In this document: positions 1 through 9,851 of the stretch, in pieces | Position numbering within the stretch: position 1 is the first letter of the stretch | Layout of the letters: each line of letters begins with the position of its first letter | NCBI GenBank assembly: GCA_965203175.1 | Contig: OZ241867.1 | Span: 64,001 to 128,000, forward strand | Length of the DNA stretch: 64,000 nt | Source of the DNA: Candidatus Latescibacterota bacterium | GTDB taxonomy: Bacteria; Latescibacterota; UBA2968; UBA8231 | Direction: 5' to 3' | Translations under genes and position numbers: made by a program | The notes under the pieces: model-generated | What the model saw: only the letters and a program-made list of their open reading frames with translations | Database searches by the model: none | What the model was told of the DNA's origin: nothing

Positions 1-2
1 GC

Positions 3-422
3 GGCATCGTGCCCAACAGGAGCCTGATCAAGGAGAGCCTACACCGCGACGACCCGCTCCGGCACACCTTGCTGTTTAGTAACAAGACGCGCGGCGACGT
101 CATTTACTTCGAGGAATTCGAGGAGTTGCGGGCACAGTACCCCGACAAACTCGAAGTCATCCACTGCATCACCCGCGAAGACCCAAGCGGCATCCGCGGC
201 GCCCGCCAAGGGCGCATCTCTGGGGAACTCTTGTGCGAAGTCGCGCCCGACCCCTCCAAAGTGATGGCCTATAGCTGCGGCCCGGGCATCACGCCTTACG
301 AGCGCCGGGCGGCCCGGGCCAAGGGCGAGACTCCCGAGCCGCGCTTCGTCGAAAACATGGTCGCGCTCTTGCAGGAGCACGGGCTGGACAAGAAGCAAAT
401 CCGGCAGGAAAGCTGGGGGTGA
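3..422 (+). CDS. Ferredoxin-NADP reductase (FNR)-like oxidoreductase, NAD-binding C-terminal part (5'-truncated by window edge)
   Basis: Frame is open from base 3 (GIVPNRSLI...). It carries FNR-family motifs 'LLFSNKT..DVIY.EE', 'ITRE', 'GRI', 'YSCGP' and a terminal 'QESWG'. Confidence 0.75.
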   Translation, partial: GIVPNRSLIKESLHRDDPLRHTLLFSNKTRGDVIYFEEFEELRAQYPDKLEVIHCITREDPSGIRGARQGRISGELLCEVAPDPSKVMAYSCGPGITPYERRAARAKGETPEPRFVENMVALLQEHGLDKKQIRQESWG

Positions 423-1379
423 ATGAAGTTAATCGTGCAGATTCCCTGCTTTGACGAAGAGCAGACCCTGCCCGCTGTAATCCGCGACATCCCGCGCCAA
501 GTGCCCGGCATCGATCAAGTCGAAATTCTGGTCATCGACGACGGCTCCAGCGACCTCACCAGCGCGGTGGCGCGCGAGTGCGGCGCAGATCACGTAATCC
601 GCTTCCCGCACAATCGAGGGCTGGGCCAAGCCTTTAAGGCTGGTTTTGACGAGTGCCTGCGGCTGGGTGCCGATATCATCGTCAACACTGACGGCGACAA
701 CCAGTACTACGGCGGCGACATCGACAAGTTAGTCGCGCCTATCCTCGGCGGTCAGGCCGACATGGTCATTGGCGACCGGCAGACGCAGGCCATTGCCCAC
801 TTCTCCGCCCTCAAGCGCTACCTACAGAGCTTGGGCAGCCGGGTGATTAGTCGCCTCGCCGGCCTACAGGTGCCGGATGTGGCCAGCGGCTTTCGCGCCT
901 TTAGCCGCGAGTGCGCGCTCCAGCTTTCGACCCTTACCAATTTCGACCACACAGCCGAGCACGTGATCGAGGCTGGATACAAGAATTTGGCCGTGATTTC
1001 TGTCGAGGTCCGCACCAATCCCAAGACGCGTGAGTCGCGCCTCTTTTCCAACATCGGCAAGTTCGTCTTCAAATCCGGGGAGATCAGCTTGCGCACCTAT
1101 GCGCGCTACGCCGCGCTCAAGATATTCGCCCTGTGCGGCATCTTGACCTTTGCCGCGGGCTTTGGCCTCGGCGTGCGCTTTCTCTACTTTTTCTTTTTTA
1201 CTGACGAAGGAATGCTGCACGTGCAGTCGCTTATTTTGGCGGCGATTTTGCTGTTGGCCGGGTTTCAGATGTTTCTCACCGGCGTCATAGCCGATCTGAT
1301 CGCCACCAATCGGGATCTGCTCGAAGATACGTTGCAGCGAGTCAAGAAGTTGGAGTTGCGCGATGCGAATAAAAAATAA
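423..1379 (+). CDS. Glycosyltransferase family 2 (DPM1-like) with C-terminal TM helices
   Basis: Motifs 'IPCFDEE', 'VIDDGSSD', 'NRGLG', 'TDGDNQY', 'DVASGFRAF'; two hydrophobic C-terminal segments. Confidence 0.9.
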   Translation: MKLIVQIPCFDEEQTLPAVIRDIPRQVPGIDQVEILVIDDGSSDLTSAVARECGADHVIRFPHNRGLGQAFKAGFDECLRLGADIIVNTDGDNQYYGGDIDKLVAPILGGQADMVIGDRQTQAIAHFSALKRYLQSLGSRVISRLAGLQVPDVASGFRAFSRECALQLSTLTNFDHTAEHVIEAGYKNLAVISVEVRTNPKTRESRLFSNIGKFVFKSGEISLRTYARYAALKIFALCGILTFAAGFGLGVRFLYFFFFTDEGMLHVQSLILAAILLLAGFQMFLTGVIADLIATNRDLLEDTLQRVKKLELRDANKK

Positions 1380-1385
1380 TTCCAC

Positions 1386-2333
1386 ATGAAAAAACCTGTG
1401 GTTTACATAGACGGCCAAGAGGGGACGACCGGGCTGCGCATTCGCCAGATGCTAGCCGGGCGCGAGGATGTGGAGGTGTTGCTCATTCCACCGGAACATC
1501 GCCGGGACCAGCGCGCGCGGGCCGAATTTCTCAACCGCGCGGACTTGTGCGTGCTCTGCCTGCCCGATGATGCGGCAGCCGAGGCTCTCGACCTGCTCGA
1601 AAACCCGCAGACCAAGGTCATCGACACCAGCACGGCGCGCCGGGTCCATTCCGAGTGGGTCTATGGCCTGCCAGAAATTTCACCCGCCCACAAAGAACAG
1701 ATTCGCCACGCGCAGAAAGTCGCCAATTGCGGCTGTTATCCCGTCGGCTTCATCCTCGCCGTGCGGCCCCTCATCTCGCAGGGGCTGCTCCTGCCAACCG
1801 CGCCACTGGCCATCAACGCGGTGTCTGGCTATTCCGGAGGGGGGCGGTCAATGATCGCCGAATACGAAGAAGGGGACGAACACAAGCCTTTCTGCCTGTA
1901 CGGCCTCGACGGCGCGCACAAGCACTTGCCCGAGATCTGGAAATTCAGCGGGTGCGAAAAGCAGCCGCTCTTTGTGCCGTCCGTCGATCGTTCGTTCTGC
2001 GGCATGGTCGTCAGCACGCCGGTACCCACGGAACTTTTCGCCCGCCCCCGCGTCAATCGCGAAGCCGTGTACGAAGTCTGGCGCGCGTACTACGCGGACT
2101 GTCCCTTTGTGAAGGTGGTCGCACCCCAAGCCGCTGTACTGCGCGACGACAAATTCCTCGACCTAACGGGATTGAGCCACACCAACTTCGTCGAGCTATC
2201 GGTCTGGGGCGACCCAGAGCAGGGATTGATTTTGGTAGGGCGGCTCGACAACCTCGGCAAAGGAGCGTCGGGCAATGCCGTGCAGTGCCTCAACTTGATG
2301 CTCGGTTGCGACGAGACCGCAGGACTGGTCTAG
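1386..2333 (+). CDS. argC: N-acetyl-gamma-glutamyl-phosphate reductase (short type 2 form)
   Basis: Motifs 'YIDGQEGTTGLRI', 'IDTSTARR', 'VANCGCYP', 'VSGYSGGG', 'LDNLGKGASGNAVQCLNLMLG'. Confidence 0.95.
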   Translation: MKKPVVYIDGQEGTTGLRIRQMLAGREDVEVLLIPPEHRRDQRARAEFLNRADLCVLCLPDDAAAEALDLLENPQTKVIDTSTARRVHSEWVYGLPEISPAHKEQIRHAQKVANCGCYPVGFILAVRPLISQGLLLPTAPLAINAVSGYSGGGRSMIAEYEEGDEHKPFCLYGLDGAHKHLPEIWKFSGCEKQPLFVPSVDRSFCGMVVSTPVPTELFARPRVNREAVYEVWRAYYADCPFVKVVAPQAAVLRDDKFLDLTGLSHTNFVELSVWGDPEQGLILVGRLDNLGKGASGNAVQCLNLMLGCDETAGLV

Positions 2334-3083
2334 ATGCTCGTCGATAGCCACTGTCATCTCGACCAATTCGCCGATGCCGACGCCGTGCTCGCGGCAGCCG
2401 CCCAAGCCGGGGTGGAACAGGTCGTCGCCGTCAGCGAAAGCGCCGATTCCATGCGCGCGGTGCTCGCGCTCAAGCGTCAGTACCCGAACCAAGTGCTGGC
2501 TGGGCTGGGTTTGCATCCAGCATGGGTCACCCAAGCCACAGACGTCGAGCTCGCAGACGCACTCGCCTATTTGGCCGCGCATCTGCCCGAAGCCGATGTT
2601 CTCGGCGAAGTCGGCCTCGACTACAAATGGGCGACTAGTCCAGAGCAGCAGGCCCAGCAGCAAGACGTCCTCACGCAGCAACTCGACTTAGCGGCTCAGT
2701 GCGGCAAGCCGATCAACCTGCACTCGCGCCGCGCCCAGCGGCAGACCCTGGAACGGGTCGTGGAATTTCGCCGCCATACTAAGCTCAATGCCCAACTTCA
2801 CTGGTTCACCCAGTCCAAAAAACTCGTGCGGATCTGTCGCGCAGAGCGAATCTACGTCTCCGTCGGTCCATCCGTCCTGTGCGATCCGCAGACCCAAGCC
2901 GTGGTCGCAGAAATCGACCGCGAGTTGCTGCTGTTGGAAACGGACGCGCCCGTGCCCATTGGCGGGGCTGCGGGCCATCCAGCGCGGGTGGCAGCAGTCG
3001 CCGCCAAACTAGCCCAACTCATCGGGTTCACCGAGGAGGAGGCCGCAGCCAATTGGGCGCGCTACTTGGGCAGGCCATCGTGA
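2334..3083 (+). CDS. TatD family hydrolase
   Basis: Motifs 'DSHCHLD', 'GLHP', 'GEVGLDY', 'LHSRRA', 'LLETDAP'. Confidence 0.92.
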   Translation: MLVDSHCHLDQFADADAVLAAAAQAGVEQVVAVSESADSMRAVLALKRQYPNQVLAGLGLHPAWVTQATDVELADALAYLAAHLPEADVLGEVGLDYKWATSPEQQAQQQDVLTQQLDLAAQCGKPINLHSRRAQRQTLERVVEFRRHTKLNAQLHWFTQSKKLVRICRAERIYVSVGPSVLCDPQTQAVVAEIDRELLLLETDAPVPIGGAAGHPARVAAVAAKLAQLIGFTEEEAAANWARYLGRPS

Positions 3084-3166
3084 AAACACGGGAGGACATC
3101 AAGGGTGGCGGTTTTATCGATATTATGGGAAATACTATAAGCGCAATTAGGTAAACAGGAGGAACC

Positions 3167-4912
3167 ATGCCAACGAACATTTTTGCCCTTGCTTGTGCCC
3201 TCGTCTTTTGCGGGCTAGCAGGGCCAGCGAGTGCCCAAGGCCTAGGCAGCTTGGAAAGTCTGGTACGGGGCGAAGAGGTCAGACAACAGGCCCTTTCCGC
3301 GTCCGATCTACCGGACCTAAATCAGGATGTGATCTCTGATAAGGCGCGTCTGCCCGGCAGCTTAAGCGCGGATAAGACGCGCATCGGTCAGGATCGCGAT
3401 ATAGACCCAGACGCGTACATCGTCGGCCCTAACGACGTACTTCAGCTTTACATCTGGGGCGAATTTGACCAGCCTTACACCTTGCAGGTCAATCCAGAGG
3501 GCAATGTCCTCATCCCCACCGTCGGCTCGTTTCACATTTCGGGCCTATCGCTAACCGCGGCCAAAGAGCGCCTCTCGACCGCAGTCCAAAACAAATATCC
3601 CAACGTGGACATCAGCATCTCCCTCGTGAGTATGCGCTTCTTCACCGCGTACGTCACCGGCGCAGTGCTGAACGAGGGCAGCTTCACTATCCATCCGACT
3701 ACGCGGGTTTTAGATATAATCAAACAGGCTGGCGGCTTTGAGGGCCGATTGCAACGGGTCGCGTTGCCGGACCAAGATGCCGGTGGAGCCACGAACCGCA
3801 ACACGGGTCGGCGCTCCATCCAACTAATCCACCGCGACGGCACCAGCGAGCGCGTGGATCTCGACATGTTTCTCGCCACCGGCGACCTCGCGCATAATCC
3901 CTACGTGCGCATGGGCGACATGGTTCACGTCTCGTTTCGCAAGCATTCAGTGTCCATCTTCGGCGCGGTCAATAAAGAGGGCGAATACGAGTTCCTACCC
4001 GGGGATACCCTCGGCGACCTCGTGACATTGGCCAAGGGCTTGAACCGCTCCAAGCCGTTGGTCAGCGCCGAACTCTGGCGCTTTCAGGAAGGAACCGAGC
4101 AGGCCGAACTCATTGAGCTAGGCGGCACCAAAGAGACGCTGGAGGAACTGAACTACGAGACCATCCGCCACATTGAGCTGCGCCCCAACGACGCGATCTT
4201 TATCCGCGCGCAATCGCTGTGGCAGTCCACGCACACGGTCGTGATCTCTGGCGAGGTCCGGTTCCAAGGCCGCTACCGCATCGAACCCGGCGTTACCCGC
4301 ATCAAGGACGTAGTGGCCGCGGCCGGCGGCCTAACCGATGAGGCGTCTCTCATCGGTGCCCGAGTAATCCGCACCAAGGTCCGGGCCGAGAAAGACCCGC
4401 AGCTAGAGCAGCTAAAGAGACAGAGCGAGGTGGCGGGCCTCACCGACATGAACATTGAGGATCGGGCTTATCTCAAGACCAAAACCCGCGAAGAAAAGGG
4501 GCGGATCGCAGTCGATTTCGAGCGATTGTTTGTGGATGGCGACGAGGGGCAAAACATCTTGCTCGCCAACGGCGATGTGATCTTTTTCCCCCTGCAGCGG
4601 CACACCATCAACGTCAGTGGCCAAGTGCAGCGAGCCGGACTGATCGACTACGAGCCAGGCCGCAAAGTGCGCTACTACATAACCAAGGCCGGTGGGTACT
4701 TGTACGACGCTGACAGACGCCATGCCCGCCTAGTCCGAGCGCGCACGGGCGTCCGCGAGAAACTCAAAGACAACCTGCTAGTCGAGGTCGGCGACGAAAT
4801 ATGGGTACCCCAGAAGGAGCGCATCGATTACTGGGCACTCACCCGAGAGACTATTCCTACCGTCTTCAATATCCTGACCCTCGCGGCCTTGTTGAGGGGG
4901 GCTTTTTTCTAG
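3167..4912 (+). CDS. Polysaccharide export protein with SLBB repeats (Wza/KpsD-like)
   Basis: AGGAGG RBS and signal peptide; 'YIVGPNDVLQLYIWG' Poly_export motif; repeated 'V.G.V..G.Y...G' SLBB units. Confidence 0.88.
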   Translation: MPTNIFALACALVFCGLAGPASAQGLGSLESLVRGEEVRQQALSASDLPDLNQDVISDKARLPGSLSADKTRIGQDRDIDPDAYIVGPNDVLQLYIWGEFDQPYTLQVNPEGNVLIPTVGSFHISGLSLTAAKERLSTAVQNKYPNVDISISLVSMRFFTAYVTGAVLNEGSFTIHPTTRVLDIIKQAGGFEGRLQRVALPDQDAGGATNRNTGRRSIQLIHRDGTSERVDLDMFLATGDLAHNPYVRMGDMVHVSFRKHSVSIFGAVNKEGEYEFLPGDTLGDLVTLAKGLNRSKPLVSAELWRFQEGTEQAELIELGGTKETLEELNYETIRHIELRPNDAIFIRAQSLWQSTHTVVISGEVRFQGRYRIEPGVTRIKDVVAAAGGLTDEASLIGARVIRTKVRAEKDPQLEQLKRQSEVAGLTDMNIEDRAYLKTKTREEKGRIAVDFERLFVDGDEGQNILLANGDVIFFPLQRHTINVSGQVQRAGLIDYEPGRKVRYYITKAGGYLYDADRRHARLVRARTGVREKLKDNLLVEVGDEIWVPQKERIDYWALTRETIPTVFNILTLAALLRGAFF

Positions 4913-4938
4913 CATAAGAATCCCAGGGAGCACTCTTA

Positions 4939-6141
4939 ATGAATACCCAAAAAAAAGAAATCGACATCATCGATCTGCTAACGGCACTGCACGCGGGCCG
5001 ATGGCTGATCATCGGTGGCACCTTGGCCATCTGCGTCTTGGCCGGTGGCCTCAGCTTTCTCTTGCCAAAGGAATACGAGGCCACCGTGCAAATTCTGCCC
5101 CCCCAAGAGAAGAAGCAGAGTTTTGGTTTTTCCAGCATGCTCGCGTCCTTACCCATACCCGCCTTGCGCCTCGGGGAGAGGGGCACGCCATCTGACATTT
5201 CTCTCGCCACCATCAAGAGCGTGACGACGCGGCGGCGGATGGTCGAGAAATTCGGCTTGATGCAGCGCTACGAGGCTCGCACCCTGACCGACGCAATTGA
5301 GGTCCTCTCCGACAACACCACGGCCGCCATGACCGAAGAGGGCATGCTTGGAGTCTCAGTTCTAGACAAAGACCCGCAAACGGCTGCGGACATGGCCAAT
5401 TACTACATCGTCCTGCTCGATAGTACCAACAAGCGATTCGCGCACAAGACGGCCTCCGACCGCTTGGACTTTATCCGCGGGATTTTGCAAGAAGAAGATA
5501 AAAAGCTCGATGACAAGATGAAGCTGCTGGAGGAGTTCCAGTCCGAGCACAACGCCATCTCGATCGACGACCAAGCCCGCGCCGTGATCCTGACGGCCAC
5601 CTCAATGCAGACCGCCGCAATGGAACTCGAAATGAAGCGCCAACAACTCCTTGACTCGGGGCTCAGTCCCAACCACGATAAGGTCAAAAAGCTCGAGCGC
5701 GAAATCCTAATGCGTCAGGTGACCTTGGCTTTCTTGCGCGATGGCCGCAAGACCGCCGACAACACCATGCTGCAAAACGAATCGCTGCAACTAGAGCTAG
5801 ACGAAAACCTCTTCCTGCCGCTGAAGCAGATCCCGAGCGTGGCCCAAGAGTACGCAAACCTCGAAAAGGATGTACTCGTGCAGACGTCCCTTTTGCTGGT
5901 CCTACTGCAACAGGAGGCCCAAACCCTGATCGAGGCCAAGGACGCCACTTCGACCGTGCAGATACTCGACCCAGCCACACCACCCGAAATCAAGGCCAAG
6001 CCCCAGCGCGTGCTGATCGTATTTCTCGCCGGCTTACTCAGCCTCATCGCCTCCGTCTCCTATGTGCTGGGGGAGGTGTACATGCGGGGCCTTCAACAGC
6101 GCTGGCGCGAGCGGCACGAGACGACGCCTGAAGTTCTATGA
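4939..6141 (+). CDS. Wzz/GumC-type polysaccharide chain-length determinant / co-polymerase
   Basis: N-terminal 'EIDIIDLL..L...RWLII' and TM; '[11 protein letters not shown]'; coiled-coil middle; '[15 protein letters not shown]' before a C-terminal TM. Confidence 0.85.
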   Translation: MNTQKKEIDIIDLLTALHAGRWLIIGGTLAICVLAGGLSFLLPKEYEATVQILPPQEKKQSFGFSSMLASLPIPALRLGERGTPSDISLATIKSVTTRRRMVEKFGLMQRYEARTLTDAIEVLSDNTTAAMTEEGMLGVSVLDKDPQTAADMANYYIVLLDSTNKRFAHKTASDRLDFIRGILQEEDKKLDDKMKLLEEFQSEHNAISIDDQARAVILTATSMQTAAMELEMKRQQLLDSGLSPNHDKVKKLEREILMRQVTLAFLRDGRKTADNTMLQNESLQLELDENLFLPLKQIPSVAQEYANLEKDVLVQTSLLLVLLQQEAQTLIEAKDATSTVQILDPATPPEIKAKPQRVLIVFLAGLLSLIASVSYVLGEVYMRGLQQRWRERHETTPEVL

Positions 6142-6578
6142 CTATTCGAGTAAAAGTGATAAACAAGGGGGGTCAACCGCTGCCCACGTATGAGACGGAG
6201 CACAGCGCGGGCCTCGACTTGCGCGCCGCGCTATCAGAGGCAGTGGTCTTAGCGCCCGGCGAGCGCGGCCTCATTCCCACAGGCCTGTTCCTCGAAATCC
6301 CTCCAGGCTACGAAGCACAGGTCAGGCCGCGCAGTGGCTTGGCCCTCAAACGCGGCCTGACGCTGCTCAACGCCCCGGGCACAATCGACGCCGACTACCG
6401 GGGCGAAGTCGGCGTCATCATGATCAACCTTTCGGCCGAGGACCAGCCCATCGGCCCGGGCGAGCGCATCGCCCAGCTCATTTTCGCGCCGGTTACGCTC
6501 GGCGAGTGGGTCGAGGTCGAGACGCTCGCTAAAACGGAGCGCGGCAGCGGTGGCTTTGGCTCGACGGGGAGACGCTGA
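6138..6578 (+). CDS. dut: dUTP diphosphatase
   Basis: All dUTPase motifs present: 'AGLDLRA', 'RPRSGLA', '[10 protein letters not shown]', 'ERIAQL', '[10 protein letters not shown]'. Confidence 0.97.
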   Translation: MTIRVKVINKGGQPLPTYETEHSAGLDLRAALSEAVVLAPGERGLIPTGLFLEIPPGYEAQVRPRSGLALKRGLTLLNAPGTIDADYRGEVGVIMINLSAEDQPIGPGERIAQLIFAPVTLGEWVEVETLAKTERGSGGFGSTGRR

Positions 6579-6595
6579 AATTATTCAAAAGTGAG

Positions 6596-6641
6596 TGAGA
6601 AAAAGAAAGGGCCGGTACTCTTGTTGGAGTACCGGCCCTTT
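6596..6641. terminator. Intrinsic terminator between convergent dut and moaD-like genes (probably bidirectional)
   Basis: Perfect 15-bp stem AAAGGGCCGGTACTC (6606-6620), loop TTGTTG, GAGTACCGGCCCTTT (6627-6641). The A-rich left flank gives a U-tract on the minus strand. Confidence 0.88.
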
Positions 6642-6663
6642 GTGTTGCATCCGTTACGGCTGA

Positions 6664-6933
6664 CTAACTCGCGCCCCCCGATATGGCCGGCAGAAAGTGG
6701 ACCTCGCTTTGCGGCCCCACCTTCGCCCTCAACCCGGCGGCGACCACTTCGCCATCTACTGCCACGGCAATCTCGGTCTTGATGCGATCGCCATCGAGAA
6801 CCCGCTCCTTGAAGCCAGGGTAGCGGGCGTCGAGCGCGGCAACGACCTCGCGCACGGTCGCGCCCTCTACCTCTACTTGCTGCTGGCCAGCAGTCAGCTT
6901 CTGCATCAGCGAGGGAATCCAAGCTACGGGCAT
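6664..6933 (-). CDS. MoaD/ThiS family ubiquitin-like sulfur carrier
   Basis: 89 aa; 'GATVREVVAALDARYPG', 'VAVDGE', 'EVHFLPAISGG' followed by AS. Confidence 0.85.
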   Translation of the reverse strand: MPVAWIPSLMQKLTAGQQQVEVEGATVREVVAALDARYPGFKERVLDGDRIKTEIAVAVDGEVVAAGLRAKVGPQSEVHFLPAISGGAS

Positions 6934-6939
6934 GATGGG

Positions 6940-9222
6940 CTAACCGCCGGCAGCCTGCGCGGCCCGATCCTCGTGCGCCTGCAACGCGGCGACAATGCGG
7001 TCTGGCTTCATGGGCAATTCCTGCGGCCGCACGCCAACGGCAGCCTCAATGGCCGCGGCGATGGCGGCGGGCGGCGGGGCGATGTTGGCCTCGCCAACGC
7101 CGCGTACGCCATAGGGATGGCCCGGGTTGGGAACCTCGACGATGATGGTCTCAATCATCGGCAGGTCGAGGCTGGTCGGGATCCGGTAGTCGAGAAAGCT
7201 GGAGTTGTCGAGGTGGCCGTCTCCACTGTAGAAGTACTCCTCGTTAAGAGCCCAACCAATGCCTTGCACCGAGCCGCCCTGCATCTGACCCTCGACGTAC
7301 GCCGGGTGAATCGCCCGGCCCGCGTCTTGGATGACCGTAAAGCGCAAAACATCCACCTTGCCAGTCTCGGGATCTACCTCGACATCAGCGATATTGGCCG
7401 CAAAGGAGCCGCCGACGCCCGAGTCTGGATCCACGGTGGCACGGCCAATGACCGGACCGCCGGTCTCTTCGAGTCGGCCAGCTAGTTCCTTAAAGGTCAT
7501 CGCGTTATCGCCGGAACGGAAGACGCCATCGTCAAACTCGACTTGGCTTACTTCGACCTCCCACAGTTGAGCCGCGCGCTCGCAGAGCTGGTCTCGCACG
7601 TCGAGGGCGGCCTTGTACGCAGCCCAGCCAGTGGCGTACGTCACGCGGCTGCCGCCGGTTACGTCCGTGTGGCCAATCGAGTCCGTGTCGGCCACTTGGG
7701 GTTTGACGTCTTCGGCCTGTAGGCCCAAAGTCTCGGCAAACTGCATGGCGACCGACGTGCGCGTACCGCCGATGTCGGTCGAACCCTCGACTAAGCTGAC
7801 TGTGCCGTCTGAATTGACGCTAGCCGTGCAGGAGGACTTGAGCCCGACGTTGAACCAATAGCCGACCGAGATGCCGCGCCCTCCATTGGGGCCAGCGGGC
7901 GCTGGACTCTGGTAGTGCTCTGAGTCGCGGATGGCTTCCAACACCTCCTTGCAGCCCATCTTTGGATACACCACGCCGTCAATGCGGCGGGTGCCGGTCG
8001 TCGCGGTGTTTTTGAGCCGGATCTCTAGCGGCTCCATCCCCAGTTCGGCGGCCAGCAAATCAACTACGTGCTCGGTGGCGAAGGCCACCTGCGTCGAACC
8101 TGGGGCGCGATACGCAAAACTCCGCGGCTTGTTGACCACTACGTCATAGCAGTCGATCCGGCCATCGGGTATGTCGTAACACGAAAACACGCACATGGCA
8201 GCCGCGCCGACCAAGCCACCGGGATACGCCCCGGATTCAAAGGCGATATAGGCGTCGGCGGCCACGATCTTGCCGCTTTTGTCAGCACCCATCTTAATCT
8301 TGACGTACGACCCAGGCGTCGGACCGGTGCTCTCAAAGACGGCTGGTCGGGTCATAACCAGCTTGACGGGCTGACCGCTCGCCTTGGAGAGCAGGGCGGC
8401 GACCGGCTCCAAGTAAACCGGAATTTTGCCGCCAAAGCCGCCGCCAATTTCCTGCGGCACGACCTTGATCCTGGAAATTGGCATGTCCAAGACCGCGCCG
8501 AGTTGGGCGCGTGCGGTGAACGAACCCTGGGTGCTGGTCCAGATCGTCAGTTGGCCATCGGCGTTCCAACTCGCCGTGGCGTTGTGTGGCTCAATGTACC
8601 CTTGATGAACAGTGGCGGTCTGAAACTCGCGTTCCACGACCACGTCGGCCTCGGCAAAGGCCTTTTCCGGGTCGCCGAGCCGGTGCTCGAAGTGGGTGGC
8701 GAGGTTGCTTTTGCGGCCGGTGTCTTCCCCAAACTCTTGGGTAGTCATGTCGTCGTGGAGTTGGGGCGCACCCTCCTGCATGGCCTCGCGCACATCGAGC
8801 ACGGCCTCTAGTTCCTCGTACTCGACCTCGATCAGGTCGAGGGCCTCTTCGGCAATGTGGACGCTAGTGGCGGCAACCGCGGCGACGGGATGCCCGCTGT
8901 ACAGGGCCTTATCCGTGGCCAGCACGTTGTCGCGCAGGTATTTGAGCCGGGCTGGACCTTCGCCGAGATCAACCATTTGGTCGCCGGCATCGGGCAGATC
9001 TGCGCCCGTGAGAACGGCCTTGACCCCAGGCAGGGCCGCAGCTTTAGACGTGTCTATGGACTTGATGCGCGCATGGGCGTAGGGCGAGCGCAGGACCTGT
9101 CCGTAGAGCAAGCCGGCCAACCGGGTGTCAGCGCCGTAAATGGCGCGCCCAGTGACCTTGTCAACGCCGTCGTGGCGGATGGGGCGGGTGCCGATGACTT
9201 TGTAGCCGTTGTTGGCAGGCAT
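6940..9222 (-). CDS. Xanthine dehydrogenase family molybdopterin-binding large subunit (CoxL-like, not a CO dehydrogenase)
   Basis: Motifs 'KVTGRAIYGAD', 'RSPYAHARI', 'IGGGFGGK', 'GQMQGGSVQGIG', 'GVRGVGE'; active-site loop AYRAPGS. Confidence 0.93.
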   Translation of the reverse strand: MPANNGYKVIGTRPIRHDGVDKVTGRAIYGADTRLAGLLYGQVLRSPYAHARIKSIDTSKAAALPGVKAVLTGADLPDAGDQMVDLGEGPARLKYLRDNVLATDKALYSGHPVAAVAATSVHIAEEALDLIEVEYEELEAVLDVREAMQEGAPQLHDDMTTQEFGEDTGRKSNLATHFEHRLGDPEKAFAEADVVVEREFQTATVHQGYIEPHNATASWNADGQLTIWTSTQGSFTARAQLGAVLDMPISRIKVVPQEIGGGFGGKIPVYLEPVAALLSKASGQPVKLVMTRPAVFESTGPTPGSYVKIKMGADKSGKIVAADAYIAFESGAYPGGLVGAAAMCVFSCYDIPDGRIDCYDVVVNKPRSFAYRAPGSTQVAFATEHVVDLLAAELGMEPLEIRLKNTATTGTRRIDGVVYPKMGCKEVLEAIRDSEHYQSPAPAGPNGGRGISVGYWFNVGLKSSCTASVNSDGTVSLVEGSTDIGGTRTSVAMQFAETLGLQAEDVKPQVADTDSIGHTDVTGGSRVTYATGWAAYKAALDVRDQLCERAAQLWEVEVSQVEFDDGVFRSGDNAMTFKELAGRLEETGGPVIGRATVDPDSGVGGSFAANIADVEVDPETGKVDVLRFTVIQDAGRAIHPAYVEGQMQGGSVQGIGWALNEEYFYSGDGHLDNSSFLDYRIPTSLDLPMIETIIVEVPNPGHPYGVRGVGEANIAPPPAAIAAAIEAAVGVRPQELPMKPDRIVAALQAHEDRAAQAAGG

Positions 9223-9242
9223 GGCGTTCCTCCTCGTTAGGT

Positions 9243-9722
9243 TCAGGCGCTTTGGCGCACTTCCTCAGCGGCGTCGAGGACAGCGCGAATGATCTTGTCG
9301 TAGCCCGTGCAGCGGCACAAGTTGCCGGCCAACCAGTGCCGCACTTCGTGCTCGGAAGGGTTGGGGTTGTGGTCGAGTAGGGCTTTGGAAGCCACCAAAA
9401 ATCCCGGGGTGCAGATGCCGCATTGCAGCGCGGCGTGTTCGAGGAACTTCTGCTGCACCGGGTGCAGGCTATCCGGGCTAGCAATACCCTCGACCGTGCC
9501 GATCTCCTTGCCCTCGGCCTCGACGGCCAGCATCAAACAAGAATCGACGAGGACGCCGTCAACGGCGATGGAGCACGCGCCGCAGTTGCCGTCGTTGCAG
9601 CCTTCCTTGGTACCGGTGAAGCCGAGCGTCTCGCGCAATACTTCGAGCAGGCTTTGGCGCGGCTCGCAGAGAAATTCGGTCGACTCCCCGTTGATCGTGG
9701 TCTGGACGTGTATTTTGCTCAT
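9243..9722 (-). CDS. (2Fe-2S)-binding small subunit (CoxS-like)
   Basis: Motifs 'GTKEGCNDGNCGACS', 'QCGICTPG', 'GNLCRCTGY'. Confidence 0.95.
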   Translation of the reverse strand: MSKIHVQTTINGESTEFLCEPRQSLLEVLRETLGFTGTKEGCNDGNCGACSIAVDGVLVDSCLMLAVEAEGKEIGTVEGIASPDSLHPVQQKFLEHAALQCGICTPGFLVASKALLDHNPNPSEHEVRHWLAGNLCRCTGYDKIIRAVLDAAEEVRQSA

Positions 9723-9775
9723 GTACCTTAACTCCGAATTTGGGCCGCTTGTTGCGGCTAGTGAGACGTTTCTCT

Positions 9776-9830
9776 CGCCGACCGAATGGTCGGTGCAGAA
9801 TGTTTCCCGCCGACCGAACTGGTCGGTGCA
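9776..9830. repeat. Tandem doublet of REP-like palindromes
   Basis: CGCCGACCGAATGGTCGGTGCA (9776-9797) and CGCCGACCGAACTGGTCGGTGCA (9808-9830). Each forms a CCGACC/GGTCGG hairpin. They lie between the coxM-like and coxS-like genes. Confidence 0.75.
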
Positions 9831-9851
9831 ACTTCTAATACCTTCTATCCG

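Noticed and set aside
3167-6141. Complete capsule/EPS locus
   Set aside because: Only the export and co-polymerase genes and one GT2 are present among housekeeping genes; there is no flippase, polymerase or nucleotide-sugar cluster.
6940-9222. Aerobic CO dehydrogenase (coxL)
   Set aside because: The active-site loop is AYRAPGS, not AYxCSFR, and no coxDEFG genes are adjacent.
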